A stretch of 64,000 nucleotides of DNA from Vicugna vicugna (Eukaryota): the NCBI GenBank assembly GCA_013265495.1, contig MU058252.1, positions 2,018,244 to 2,082,243 on the forward strand, in the 5' to 3' direction. A program made the translations under genes and the position numbers. Under the pieces are notes generated by a model, which worked only from the letters and a program-made list of their open reading frames with translations, had not been told where the DNA came from and did no database searches. Positions 24,728 through 36,568 of the stretch are shown in pieces (within the stretch, counting starts at the first letter, position 1; each line of letters begins with the position of its first letter).

Positions 24728-26661
24728 TTTTTAAATTCTGGCTGTAAGAAGACTCACAGATAAGAGACCTCTATTCCCAAATAATTATTATACTATGTCC
24801 TCGGGCAGGAGACCATATCTACTGTATCCCAACTGACCACTGTGGTTTACCCAAAACACGGAAATCAGATTGCTGAAAAGGGGCGGAAAGTGGGGTTGCT
24901 CTCGTTTTCCAGGAAACTGTGGATAGTGATATAACATGTTACTCTTGTGTTGTAATTGGTATTATTTTTAGCCTCAACTTTTATAACATGCAGATAAAGT
25001 TGACATTGTAGAAGTGAAGAGAATTTTGTTTTCTTCCAATTCCTCAGGAAGGATTTAGATACTAATGGGGACAAAAGCTGCAAGTAGGTGCCCAAGGTCC
25101 ACTGCCAAGTGAGGCTCCTCCTAAGGCCATCGGCAGCGTCATTAAGGGAACTGCTGAAATATTGATGCGGTTTCTTATTCTTAACAGGCAAAAAGAATCC
25201 ACAGTCACCAAGACCATTTCTCTTTTTCGATGTGGATAGATTTGTGGGCTTCTGTATCAGAGTAACATAGAATCACCCTTCTCTGATTGTCTTGTTCGTG
25301 TAAGGCTCATGTGTATCCATATTTGCCCAGCTTCTAGAAATGACTCTATCGTGTGTGTCTTCGGAACAGCTTGGTGTGTGGAGACTCTGCCTGGCTCTGA
25401 CGGGGCCCAGGGACGGATTCTCCCTCGGGCCAGTCTTAGGCGTGAACCATGGGGTGACCGCCTCGTGGTCCTAAACAGCGATGTCCCAGATATCATTCCA
25501 CCAGACAAGCCTCTTTCTTGAGATCTTTGTAGTTTCCACCCTGTGATGCAGGATGATAAAATAATTCCATATACCCATTACAGGTCAATGAATGTAATGT
25601 TTAAGGGATGAAAAGGAGATGGAACTAGAGAGGTGGGTTCGGGCAATATTTTGAAGAATTTTAGAAGCTGAACTCCAGAGTTCACATTTCCTCCCTGAGC
25701 CACAGTTTCATGGGGACAAAAATGGTCCTGCCACGTGAGAGAAGAGCCCAGAATTTAGCCCATCCGTGGAATCACCAAAATCAGGCTAACAGAGAATGAG
25801 AAGAATAAAAAAAAAAATCAGCCTTTCACAACTAGTTGTCTTCCCCAAAGCACTGCTTTCAGTAGCGCAGTGGAAGTTTCTGACCTCCAGCTCTCCGAGA
25901 ATAAATTTGGATAAATGATTTGTCTTTTAGCATCTTTCCTCTGTGTTTTCTTCAGAAGAGTTTGATGGGTGAGAATGTGTTGTGCTTATTGTTTTTAACG
26001 TGTCAAAGCAAAATGAGTTATTTTTCATCTGATTCACTTGTCTTTGGCTCAAAATTATGCTCATTCAATGTCGAAAAAGAAACATTGAAATGAAGAGCAA
26101 CTGGGTGATATTTGTATGCGCTATTCTGTGTTATTATTTCTCACTCTCACTAATTCTATATAAGGGATCCTCTGTTTGGCATCAAATCTCAAGCAGCCAA
26201 AAACTGACATTAATTTCTCTTTGTAACCTTTCTCCAGTTACTCCGTTTTCGGGAGAGAGTGAGGTTTTGTGAGATAACGTGCAAGAGCGTTAGCAACTTC
26301 ATGATGATGATGTTGTTCCATAAAAACTTGAGGCCGAGGTGCCACTCCGGAAGGAGTGGGCTTTATTCAACGGCCAGCGAAAGCGCCTGGAGATAAAAGC
26401 TTGCGTTGCAGAGTCTGTCCACCGTCTGGTTGGCCAAGTATTCACTCAAAGTGGCGGAACGTCCTTTTGGGAGCCGGAGCAGGGAGGCGGGCTTCTGGCG
26501 GGAAGTGCTCTCACATGAGTTTTTAGCAGGCACCCCAGGAAGACCACAATGGTAAACATACACCAGAACGCTATCTTTCATACTCAGGTAGACACATCCT
26601 CACACAAGGAGCCAAATAACTATTAAATACTCTGCAAATTGTTGAGCAAATAAAGGAAGGA

Positions 26662-27130
26662 AAACACAAAGTCTTACCCCCAAATGTCCATAACAGCATT
26701 ATTGATAACAGACAAAAAGTGGAAACAACCCAAATGTCCATCCGCTGATGAACGGATAAAAAAATGGACTATTCACACCATGGAATATTATCTAGTCATA
26801 AAAAGGAATCAAGCCCTGATATACCACAGCATGAATGAGCACCGAAAATGCTACAGTAAGTCTCAAAAAGGCACATATGGTAAGACTCCATTTATATGCA
26901 ATGTCCAGAACAGGCAAGTCCATAAAGTCAAAAATAAATTTGTGGTTGTCGAGGCCTGGGGGGAGGAGGGACTGGGAGACGACTGCTGATGGGTGCAGGA
27001 TTTCCTCGTGCGCAGGTGGAAATGTTCCAGAGTTAGACAGTGGTGATGGCCGCACAACTCTGTGGATACACCAAATACCACTGAACTGCACACTTGACAA
27101 AGATGAATTTGTCCTATGCGCATTATATAC
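26662..27130 (+). mobile_element. L1MB-type ORF2 end and 3' UTR
   Basis: ORF 26684-26989 gives degenerate ORF2p C-terminus (KKWKQPKCPSADERIKKWTIHTMEYY); 3' UTR ends ccactgaactgcacact... Confidence 0.85.
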
Positions 27131-27252
27131 TGGTGAAAGGGTTATCACCTGGCCCCACGTTAGGCACTTCGTTGCTTGGTGACTGGCTCCTGTGCTGAGG
27201 ACCTGCGCCTGCTAATCCCAACCTGCAACCCCAGCGCCTGGCAAAGCGCCTG

Positions 27253-27253
<1 letters not shown>

Positions 27254-27291
<38 letters not shown>
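27254..27291. repeat. (CA)19 microsatellite
   Basis: Direct observation. Confidence 0.97.
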
Positions 27292-27292
<1 letters not shown>

Positions 27293-27544
27293 GCCCTCGG
27301 TACGTGTTTGTCAAATGAAGATGAGATTGTTGAAGGTTTAACCTCCTCCAAGAATGCTGCGAGGGGAGCAGGGAGGAAGACCCAGGACTTGGGTCTGATA
27401 CAGTAAACTAAGTTGGGTCCAATAAATTGAGCAACATCCTTAGGCAAACTCTCCCTGCAGCTGAGCCAGGCTGTTCTATTTCTCCCACCTCCACTCCTCC
27501 TAAACTTGCATCTGGAGGAGCTGGGGATGTGCTGGTTATTCCAT

Positions 27545-27740
27545 GACTCCCCCACTCAAATCCATTCTCCACCCTTTCCTTTGGGCCTGGGCCCGGGGAG
27601 GGGCTGACTCCGCACACCCTGCGCCTGGGCTGCCCTGTGCTCTGGCTTCCGGTTGGGCTTGGCCGGTGGAGGTCACTGGCAGGGGACAGGAGGCCGGGAG
27701 AAGTGATAAGTCTGGGTATTTTGCTCCCATTTTCTCCTTG
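27545..27740. mobile_element. Ancient ERVL LTR fragment (LTR33-like)
   Basis: ctctggcttccggttgggcttggccggtggaggtcactggcagg...gtctgggtattttgctccc. Confidence 0.55.
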
Positions 27741-28319
27741 TTCCCCTGCGTGGATCTTCTGACAGCAGCTGTGTCTACCTCTTCACCTCTCTGGGGGCAG
27801 CCCCTCTCCTACGGGGCGCCCATGACACGGTGTCGTCCCCTTCCCCCTTCCGGCCTGGGCTTGGGAACCAGTTCCTGCTCTTGCTGCTCTGAGGGTGACT
27901 CAGTGTGTGTGGTCGAGCCCCTTCGTGCGGCTCCTCCCTCTGAAAGAGCCACAGCTGGAGATTCTCTTCAAGTTCCGAGCTTCCTGCACCTTGTTTCGTC
28001 CTGGGCCCCAGAGTGGGGCAAGGAGCCCCCGCGTCTTCACGGCACGAGGGAGTGTGTATGCCTGGCCCACCTCGTCTCTGAGCATCAGTGTCGACAGAGC
28101 AGCCCCAGGATGCACCGCTGAACCTCTCCGTCCCCGGCTGTCAGCACGGGCCTCCTCCCTGCTGCTCAGCCTCACTTGGCACTGCCACCGAGTCATGGCT
28201 CCGTCTCCCATCCAACCCCAAGCTGGATGCGGAGCCATCAACCTAGCCCCTCTTGAAGGTTCACAAAATCTCTGAGGACTCCCCATCTGCCACCATACAA
28301 AATCATATTTTCTTTAACA

Positions 28320-28497
28320 TTTACTTTTTTATTTTTTAATCTTAATACTTTTTTTGGTTTGTGGGATTTGGGGGGGCCGTAATTAAGTTTATCCATCTAT
28401 CTATCTATTTATTTTAATGGACGTACTGGGAATTGAACCCAGGACCTTGTGCATGCTAAGCACACACCTGACCACTGAGCTATACCCTCCCCACCCC
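28320..28497 (-). mobile_element. Camelid tRNA-derived SINE (Vic-1 type)
   Basis: RC: ggggagggtatagctcagtggtcaggtgtgtgcttagcatgcacaaggtcctgggttcaattcccagtac...; same taattaagttt tail motif as the 13965 copy. Confidence 0.9.
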
Positions 28498-28819
28498 AGA
28501 TTTTGTTTTGCTCTGCCCTCTCCCCACCCCTGAATCCTGTGAGTCTGTCTCCTCTCGGGTTCTCAGATGGACAGCTGAGCAAAGGCTCTTCACAGCTGCA
28601 GATACTTTTCAATCCTCTGAGAACAGTGTACGTTTCCAAGTCTTCTGCTGGGTCAGCGAGATCTTGCTTGCTTTCCTGACTTCCTTGTCCTCTGGGGCAG
28701 AAAATAAAGGATGTATCCTTCCTGTGCCTACCTGGGCAGGATGGCTCTGGGCCTTACACCTTACTCTGCTTTCCTGAAGCTCCAATCCCACCAGCCTCCT
28801 TCCTTTAAGAAATCTTCTC

Positions 28820-29012
28820 ACACAACTGTGTGAGTTGGCACATCCAGCATCTCTAGGGCAGGCTGGAAACTCAGGCCAAGCTTCTTTACTGAAGTCTTGA
28901 GAATTTCTTCCTCGGGAAAACTTAGTGTTTGCTTGGAAGGCCGTCTACTGATTGGATGAGGCCCACCCACCTCATGGAGGGTAACCTGCTTTACTCGAAG
29001 TCTCCTGACGTT
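28820..29012 (-). mobile_element. MLT2-type ERVL LTR fragment
   Basis: actgattggatgaggcccacccacctcatggagggtaacctgctttactcgaagtct. Confidence 0.75.
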
Positions 29013-29259
29013 AGTTCAGCTAAGCAGAGAAGCAGACACCAAGATGACACTGGGTTTGCAGGGGGCGGAGGGTGCAGGAGTCGGCGGAGAGCTGGTCTGA
29101 CACCTGGTAAGGGGAGGGGGAGGAGGACGTCTGGACCCTACGAGCAAAGCTCCAAGGACTGCTTGGCTAGGCTGACGTTGTGTCCTCCAGCCAAAGGCCC
29201 CTAAGGAGAATCCCATTTTTTTGCCCAAACCGGCCTGCCTTTTAACCCCCACCGTGCTC

Positions 29260-29530
29260 AGTATCGGGTGGGAGTGGGTGCGGGAAGTGCGCCTTCAGAG
29301 CCGGGGTGGGGGGGGGGCCAAGAGGGGCACCGCGCGCCTTCAGTCAGTTACGCTCCCCACCGCAGGGGGCGCTGCGCTCTAGGGCGGCCTCTCCTCGCGT
29401 TAACACCGCTCCCTCCGCGAGGCTGCAGTCACGGCCGCGCACCCTCCGCGATACACGCGTTGGAGGAATTCCCCACCCAGAGATCGGTCAAGCTTAAGTG
29501 GAACCAGAAAATGCCGACCACGAGGAGGCT
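29260..29530. promoter_or_regulatory. Small CpG-island-like patch with G4, CTCF-like and NF-kB motifs
   Basis: Dense CpG; G3TG3AGTG3TGCG3 at 29266-29284; accgcagggggcgc at 29359-29372; ggaattcccc at 29465-29474. Confidence 0.5.
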
Positions 29531-32500
29531 CCACAAAGACTTTTTCAGTTAAGATTTTTTTTTCAGTTGAAAGTCAAAGAGAAAGTCACTTTCGAATCGA
29601 TGCTTGTAGCTGTATGTCTGAGGACATCCCAGCTGTGAAGAAAGACCAAAAGGCAAAAGATTTCACACTGTTGGTGTTCTGTCTTCTTTATTGGTTAAAT
29701 CTGTGTGTGAGATACAGAAAGGAGATGAATATTTTCTTACTCATATTTTGGAGACGGGTGTTACTTAAGTACACAGATGAAATGAGGAGGAGTTTATTGT
29801 CATGGAAGAGGGAGGTGTGTATTTAGATCTAACTCCTGGCCGTGATTTTTCCTCGTCATTGTCTGATCAGCATAACAAAGTTGTGCAGCTGGGTAATGAG
29901 AAGAAATGGACTTGTCAGAAAGTATATTGGGTTTATGCAAATAACAAGTAAATACTCCCTTAGAACTCAAGAGATCTTAGTCTGGGAAGCAGTTATGTAA
30001 TGGGTTCTAGGCTGCATACATTCATTTGTGTATACTTTCTGGAGCATTTATACAGGTCACAAAATGGTCTAGGATTTTACTGTGATCACTCTTCTGATGA
30101 GCATTAGAAACTAAAGCATACAACCTGGAGAGAACATTCAAAATGCCCATATCCTGCCAATATCACAGACATGTCTTCTGGGGTCAGTTGCACTTTGATT
30201 TCCTGACCGCCCTTGAGGGGGAAGATGGGTTTGATTGGGACGTATAAAAGCACTCAGCGACGATTGAAGGCCAAGACATCTGTCAAGCCCGATGTGCGTG
30301 TGAACTCATGTGTACGCATATGTGTGATGGCGGGGACAAGGGACAGATGGGAGGGGGAGGGCTGGGTATCAGCTCCCCACGGTCTTCGTCAATCAGCCCC
30401 TCATTCTTTCCCGTAGACAGTTGACATGCTCTTGGCCTTATGTGAAGTCCCAACAGTACTGACACATCTAAACCCGGGATGTCTTAGGGTCACTTGAGAA
30501 GAGGTTTCTCAAACAGATAGACTTAGGTGCCCTTGAGATTATGCTGATGTGATCAGTAAACTCAATTTTCCAATCTTCAGGTCCCTGAACCCAGTTACTC
30601 GGCGGTACCCAAGATGTCTAGACAATGCTGACATGAGAACCTCGAAAATATATAATCACTGGGAAGTCCAAGCCACGTTTCAGTTGCAAACAACAACTGT
30701 GACAACAAAGGGGAAACATGGTCTACCCAGATCATGCGAGAAATGAATGACCTCAAGGAACGCACCCCACTTCTCATCAACTCGCTTTGCCATTTCCACT
30801 GGGAAAACTCCCCAGGTGGTTAAATGCCAGCCACCGATGAGAGAGCCTAGGGTCCCCTTGCTGTACTTAGATGCACTTTCCCTTTGTGTAGGTTAAAATG
30901 TGGATTTCACACAAAACAGAAAAACAGGGAGGATATTCAATTGTGTGTGCTCTGTAATTATGACCAAGATCACTGTGAAACTGCTCATGGTGCTGCCTGC
31001 ATGACCATTCTTGCGATGACTGTGGGACCTTTTGCTGAACAGATACACCACTCTCACTCAGTTTGGTTACTGGAGAAAATCTACACTGATTTTTAAGGAC
31101 GTCAGCTGACATCGTAAATTTTCTATATTAAATACATAGTCATTAGCATCCATTTATGCTGCGTGTGAAGCCTGTCTGTCGTGGTGCCCCATCTCCCTAC
31201 ACGAGTACTAATAAGTTCTCATTAATACTAAAGTTAGAAGGAATTTAACAAACAGTAAGCGTAAAGAACTTGCTTTTCCATATCATCTACACCAACTCAC
31301 GTCTGTATGTCTCTGTACTTCTGCAGTCATTACGGCTCTTCCGAGAAACACTGAAATAAGTCACATGACTTCAAGACGACTCTTTTTTTAACCTCTTAAA
31401 TTCATTTTCACCCCCCAGCCCCCACACACGTGCTCTTCCGAGGCTCCCAGAATCCATTTGGCCCCATTTGTCCTCATTGATGAAAACTATGCTGTCTCTC
31501 CCAACAGCCTCCTGTGTTTCAAAAGAATCTAAGCAACAGATACTAAGCTTATTATTACTGTACTGAAAGACGGTTATTACTGGAAGAGACCACACTCACC
31601 CCGCAGACGCTGAGAAGAACAAACACAGAGGATGCGCGGTTTTCTCTCTCGGCCTGTTGGGCGGTTGACGGCACAGGATCCAACACGGGACCCCAAGGCC
31701 TCGGAGCCAGGGCGTCACAAGAGCGAGGAGGAGCGTCTCGCTCTCCCACGTTGAGTCACCCCAAGAGGGAACGTCTACACTGGAGTTTACGTGAACGGAA
31801 GACGCACGGTTACCGCACTGAGCCACTGACACTTCAGATGGTCGGTCACAGCAGCCATCCTACCCTAATACGTACATTTAAGCCAGGAGGTGGGTTTTGC
31901 AGAAAGCAAGCAAGGGAGGAAAGGACAACATCAGAATCTAAAACAACAACTTCACAGTGGGCGCCTGGAGGAAAAGGACTGATGCAGGACACGCTACGCT
32001 GGGACGAACGTTTTATTAAAATCGTTGCACACAGTATCCTCGGAAGCCAGCCGCCACGGGGTCGTCGGTTGGGAAGGACGAGAGCCTGATGCGTGGGGTT
32101 ATTACTGGGTACATTTATCAGGGTGTTACCAGGGAAGTTTAATTTAGATAATTCTCGGTACAGTTACCTGTTCAAAGAACTGAGTGGAGCAAACAGATCT
32201 GGAGTCTAAGTGTGACTGAACCGCAGTGTAAAAGAGACTGAACAGTGAAGGGTTTTGACAGTTAAGCCAGAAAACACACAGCTGCTTCCCCAACTTTGCA
32301 GGAGCAGAAAGCAGGGCGAGAAATTACTCAGCATCCTACAAGGTCGTAAGCACTCCTCCCCAGGACGTCAGGCGTGGCCAAGGTGGACAAGGGAGAGGAA
32401 AGACCTCTCCGGAGGATAGACAGGAAGCCTGGAGGACGCCGGACAAGGGCTGCTCGGGGAGAGCTGGACCAAGGTCTAATCCTGGGGGACTCCCGCCCTC

Positions 32501-33769
32501 GGGACAGGTAGCCCCCACAGCGCTGCCCTCAGTATCCCAGCATCCCTGGACCAGTGTCTGCCTCGTCCATCCACCCCCACTAAAGCCATAACAATGCCTG
32601 AAGACGGCGATATTAAACTCAAAATAAAGAATCATGAAATTTCAGACTCCCTGTGACCCGTGCAAAGGCATCACGTCCCACATGCTGCACTTACCGATGA
32701 CCAAATGCTCGCGCCAGGCGGGTCTGCGCAGCAGCTCTGCTGCATGCTCGTCTCCAAACAAGAGCATCGGATTTGGAAAACGTCTCATCAGAGTCCTGAG
32801 AAATTCCCCGAGGAAGGACACTGTGGGGCTGAGGACCTGGAAGAGTAAAGCACAAGTTGTTTGAACGATGAAGGAGAGTCAACACCAGGAGTGTCAAAAA
32901 GAAGGGGTAAGATAAAGGGTTTAGGCGTCGGTATTTTCAGAAGCAATTCTCAGTTCGGTCTGACTCCACCCCTGCCCAGGCCACGCCCGTCCCCCAGGGG
33001 AGAACGTGGCCCTCGGCGCAGCCTGTTTCTCTCCTGCTTGGGTGTAGATGACTGTGTGTCTGATGCTGTCCCTAGGCATTCGAGATAGGGTTTTAGATTT
33101 CTGTGTTGTAGTTTGGTTTAAAACATTTCAATATCAACGTATTTGTGGGTACACGTTAGTTCTGACTTACTCCTAGGAGAGCTTCCAGGGCACCTGAAGT
33201 CTCTTCATCGGGAACCACCTCTCTGCAGTGCTTTCTCCCGGGGCCTGCGGCTGCCTTTGGTCTGGAGTAACGGTGATGGTCACGTTGTCAGGCAGAGGCC
33301 CTTGGTATGAAAAAACAGAGCTTTGCAACTCTGAATTATTTGTTTCTCTCTCCACAAAAGCTGGCTTTGAAAACTGTTTTCTCACTATGAACAAAACAAG
33401 TCAGCCCAGAGACTCTAAAATCCCATTCTGAATGTCAAAAGCTGAACACTGTTTCTTTTTCTCTCTCTCTGCATCTGAAATTTCTTTGAGGCAAATGTAT
33501 TCCCCTGGCCCAGCAGAGGAGGTTTACAAACCGGATGCAGAAGACAAAGTGCACAGATTTCTTCCAACACGCGCTCCCCCTGGTGCACAGCTGCCGGCCG
33601 AGCTTTCCTGTCCTCCGCTGCTTCCGGAGTTAAGCTTCTCGAGTTGGTTTTTCTAATTTCTTGACTTCCAGTTCTGTCTTCATCATGAAATGGCTACCAC
33701 CAAATGCCACCAGAGGTGACACTGCTCATGGCTAAATCCAGCGTGCACTGTGTCAGCCAGAGTGTGCCC

Positions 33770-33937
33770 ACTTCTGTACAGACAATCCTCAGATCCCAGT
33801 GGCTTAAGGCAACGGAAGACCTTTTCGTTTCCTTACAACACAGTCCAGTGGGGGGCAGGGGCTCTGCTCCACCTGCTCAGGGACCCAGGCCCCTTCCGTC
33901 TCATGAAGCCACCATCTTCCCTGCTTGCCCTCCAAGG
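33770..33937 (-). mobile_element. Ancient MaLR (MLT1-type) fragment, split by the LTR insertion and continuing after 34438
   Basis: cccagtggcttaaggcaac...gctctgctccac...tcagggacccaggc...gccaccatctt. Confidence 0.55.
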
Positions 33938-34434
33938 TGTCAACTGAAAAAAAATGCTCAGCATTAAAGTTGAGAATAATGTTTTATTTGTAAGATTTTC
34001 TGAGGACTTCAAGCCCAGGAGGCAGGCTCTCAGACAGCTCTGAGGGACTGCCCCGAAGAGGTAAAGGACAAGCCAGGACATACAGGAGTCTTTGCAGCAA
34101 AGATGAGGTAGTCAGAACATCAAAAGATGACTGTTAATTTAAGAAAGCCAGACATCTCAGGTTAAGGAATTTTGCACTTTTCTGTGGGCTCATTGAAATC
34201 CTTCCTTTGATCTGCACCTAGCTGTCTAGGGCCATGTCCTGTGCTTTCCATCCTGAGTCCCCGCAGGGGGCACCGCTGGGGGTGGCGGCAGCGGCTGAGG
34301 GCTGGGCAGCAGGCAGCCTGCTGGTCTCCCTCCGGAGTGCCCTCTGCTCGCTGTCAGGAGGTGAGGGGCAGCTGGTGGCTGCTGGCCGCAGCTTCCCCTG
34401 TCTGCTGATACGGCTGCAGTAGTTTTCATTAACA
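33938..34434 (-). mobile_element. Solo ERV1-class LTR, family A copy 2
   Basis: tgtcaactg...cattaaca termini; exact TSD aagg (33934-33937, 34435-34438); colinear with 595-1099. Confidence 0.92.
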
Positions 34435-34561
34435 AAGGTCGTCCCAGGTTGGGAAGCAGAGAGTGGAAGGTGACTCCTGGGAGAACGGTGCGGGGCCAGG
34501 TGTCTCAGAGGGGCGCGTCGCCCAGAGAGCCAGATGGCTCCTGTCTAATGCAGCGGGCTGA

Positions 34562-35008
34562 CCCTGCAGCCACAGGGATGGGCCTGGAGGACCGTCCTGC
34601 CACATGAAGTGAGCCAGACAGAGAAAGACACACACCTCATGACATCACTTATATGAGGAATCTAAAAAAATAATGAGACAAATGAACTTATTTACAAAAC
34701 AGAAATAGACTCACAGACACAGAAAACAAAATCGTGGTTACCCGGAGGGAAAGGTGGGGATGGAGGGACAAACGGGAGCTTGATATTTGCAGATACTGAC
34801 TACTGTGTATAAAATAGATGAACAACAAGGACCTTCCACTGTGCAGCACAGGGAGCTGTATTCACTGCCTTGTAATCACCTACAATGAAAAAGAGTATGA
34901 AAAAGAATGTATCTGTATCTATATAACTGAATCACTACGCTGTGCACCAGAAATTAGCACAACATTGTAAACTGACTAGACTTCAATTAAAAATGTTTTA
35001 AAAACAAG
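34562..35008 (+). mobile_element. 5'-truncated L1 with 13-bp TSD
   Basis: TSD tgcagcgggctga at 34549-34561 and 35009-35021; L1 3' UTR. Confidence 0.93.
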
Positions 35009-35996
35009 TGCAGCGGGCTGAGAACGCAGTCTGGCGAGCCCGGGAGGAAGAGCAGACGGAGCGCAGGTGCTGGGAGCAGCCGCCGCCAGCCCCTCGACCT
35101 CGCGCAGTCCCGTCCTCTCACTGGGCTGACCAGGCCGCCGCTCTCTTCTCTTGGATTCAAAGGCTCCGACACTCTTGGCTTCCCCGCCTCCCCTCCAGCC
35201 CGTTTCTGAGGTTCTTCCTCGTGGTCCAGTACCTGATTGATGCCAGTTCTCCTGTGTTCTCACTCGGTCTCCCTGGGCAACCAGGCCCACTCACAGGGCA
35301 TCAGTGATCTACAAGGAGTCCTGAATACGATCCCATCTCGGCTCAGGCCCCTTTCAGCGCCCTGGTGGGCATTTCCTCTTCGAGATCCTAAGAGCACCTC
35401 CAAGCTGCCTCCCCCACACTTACACCCCTCACCGCCTTGTTGCTTTTTCTGCCTCGGGGACTGGCCTCGTGGTCTGTGCCACCCCCAGTCATCTTCGATT
35501 CCTTTTGCCTTCTCTGTTCTGCTTCTGATTGCTAAGTCCTGACGATTCCACCATCTTTCTGTTTCTCTGATTCGTGTTTTTAAGCCCCATCCTCCAGCAT
35601 CCTGACTCCTCTGCCTTGGTGTTTCAATTCCTCACAGGGGATCTTGGCTTCAGTCTCCTCCTCCAGTCACTCTTCCCCAACGCAGACAGGTTCCTCCTGT
35701 GCTTTGTATTTTAACACAAAAGCAGCCCTTCCCTCAACCCCCGCCTGTTGTTCTCAGGCTAAAATCCCGCACTCTAATCGGGTCTCTGGTATGACTCCGC
35801 TTCCGTCTCTGACCTCTGCAGGATTCTCCTGGTGATCTCCGTGCAGCTGAGTGGGACTACGCGCGGGCCAGGATATCCCTTCTTTGCCAGATCTTGGCTG
35901 TGCTTGAGGCCACAGTGCCCACTGGCCCTCATCCTTGCTCTCAAAGCCACTGCTTGATTCCTGTTCGTACTTCCTGGAGCGCTCCTGACCTCCCAG

Positions 35997-36568
35997 TGAC
36001 ACAGGAGGGAAGGGGGCAGGACACAGCCACTAAAAGAGTGACACAGCATTAGCACCAAGATGGCAGAAGAGTCAGCTCCCAGCGGACCTTGAGCTTCATT
36101 ATACGCTCGTTGTAACACAGTGTCTGCTAAACGGCGCTCCCACAGGGGCCAGGAGAGTTTCAAGACTGACCATCAAAGGACAGAGGGTGGGTGGTGGCCC
36201 AGGTCCTGGGAATCCCAGCTCCTTCCCCAAAGTAGTTGGAATAATCCTCCCCATTGTTAGCACAGGAAGTTACTGAGCCCCAAAATCTAGCAACCTCGCA
36301 CCTCGGGCTGCGCCCTCCTGAGTGAGATGCCCACACTCCGTCTCTGGAGTGTGTCTCTACTTTTCTTTAAACTCAGCACACAATCCCCACACCTCGTGGC
36401 CTTTCCTGGCCTGCTGAGACAGCCCGCACTCTGTCTTTGGAGTGTGTATCTCTCTGAATAAATCTGCCTTCACTCAGCTGCGGCTCACTCTTGAATTCTT
36501 TCTGGCGCAAAGCCAAGAACTCACACTTCAGCAGAGGCCTGGGACAGGGTCTCCCTTCCCCTGTATCA
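35997..36568 (+). mobile_element. Solo ERV1-class LTR, family C
   Basis: tgacacagg...cctgtatca inverted termini; exact TSD ccag; AATAAA at 36457-36462. Confidence 0.92.
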
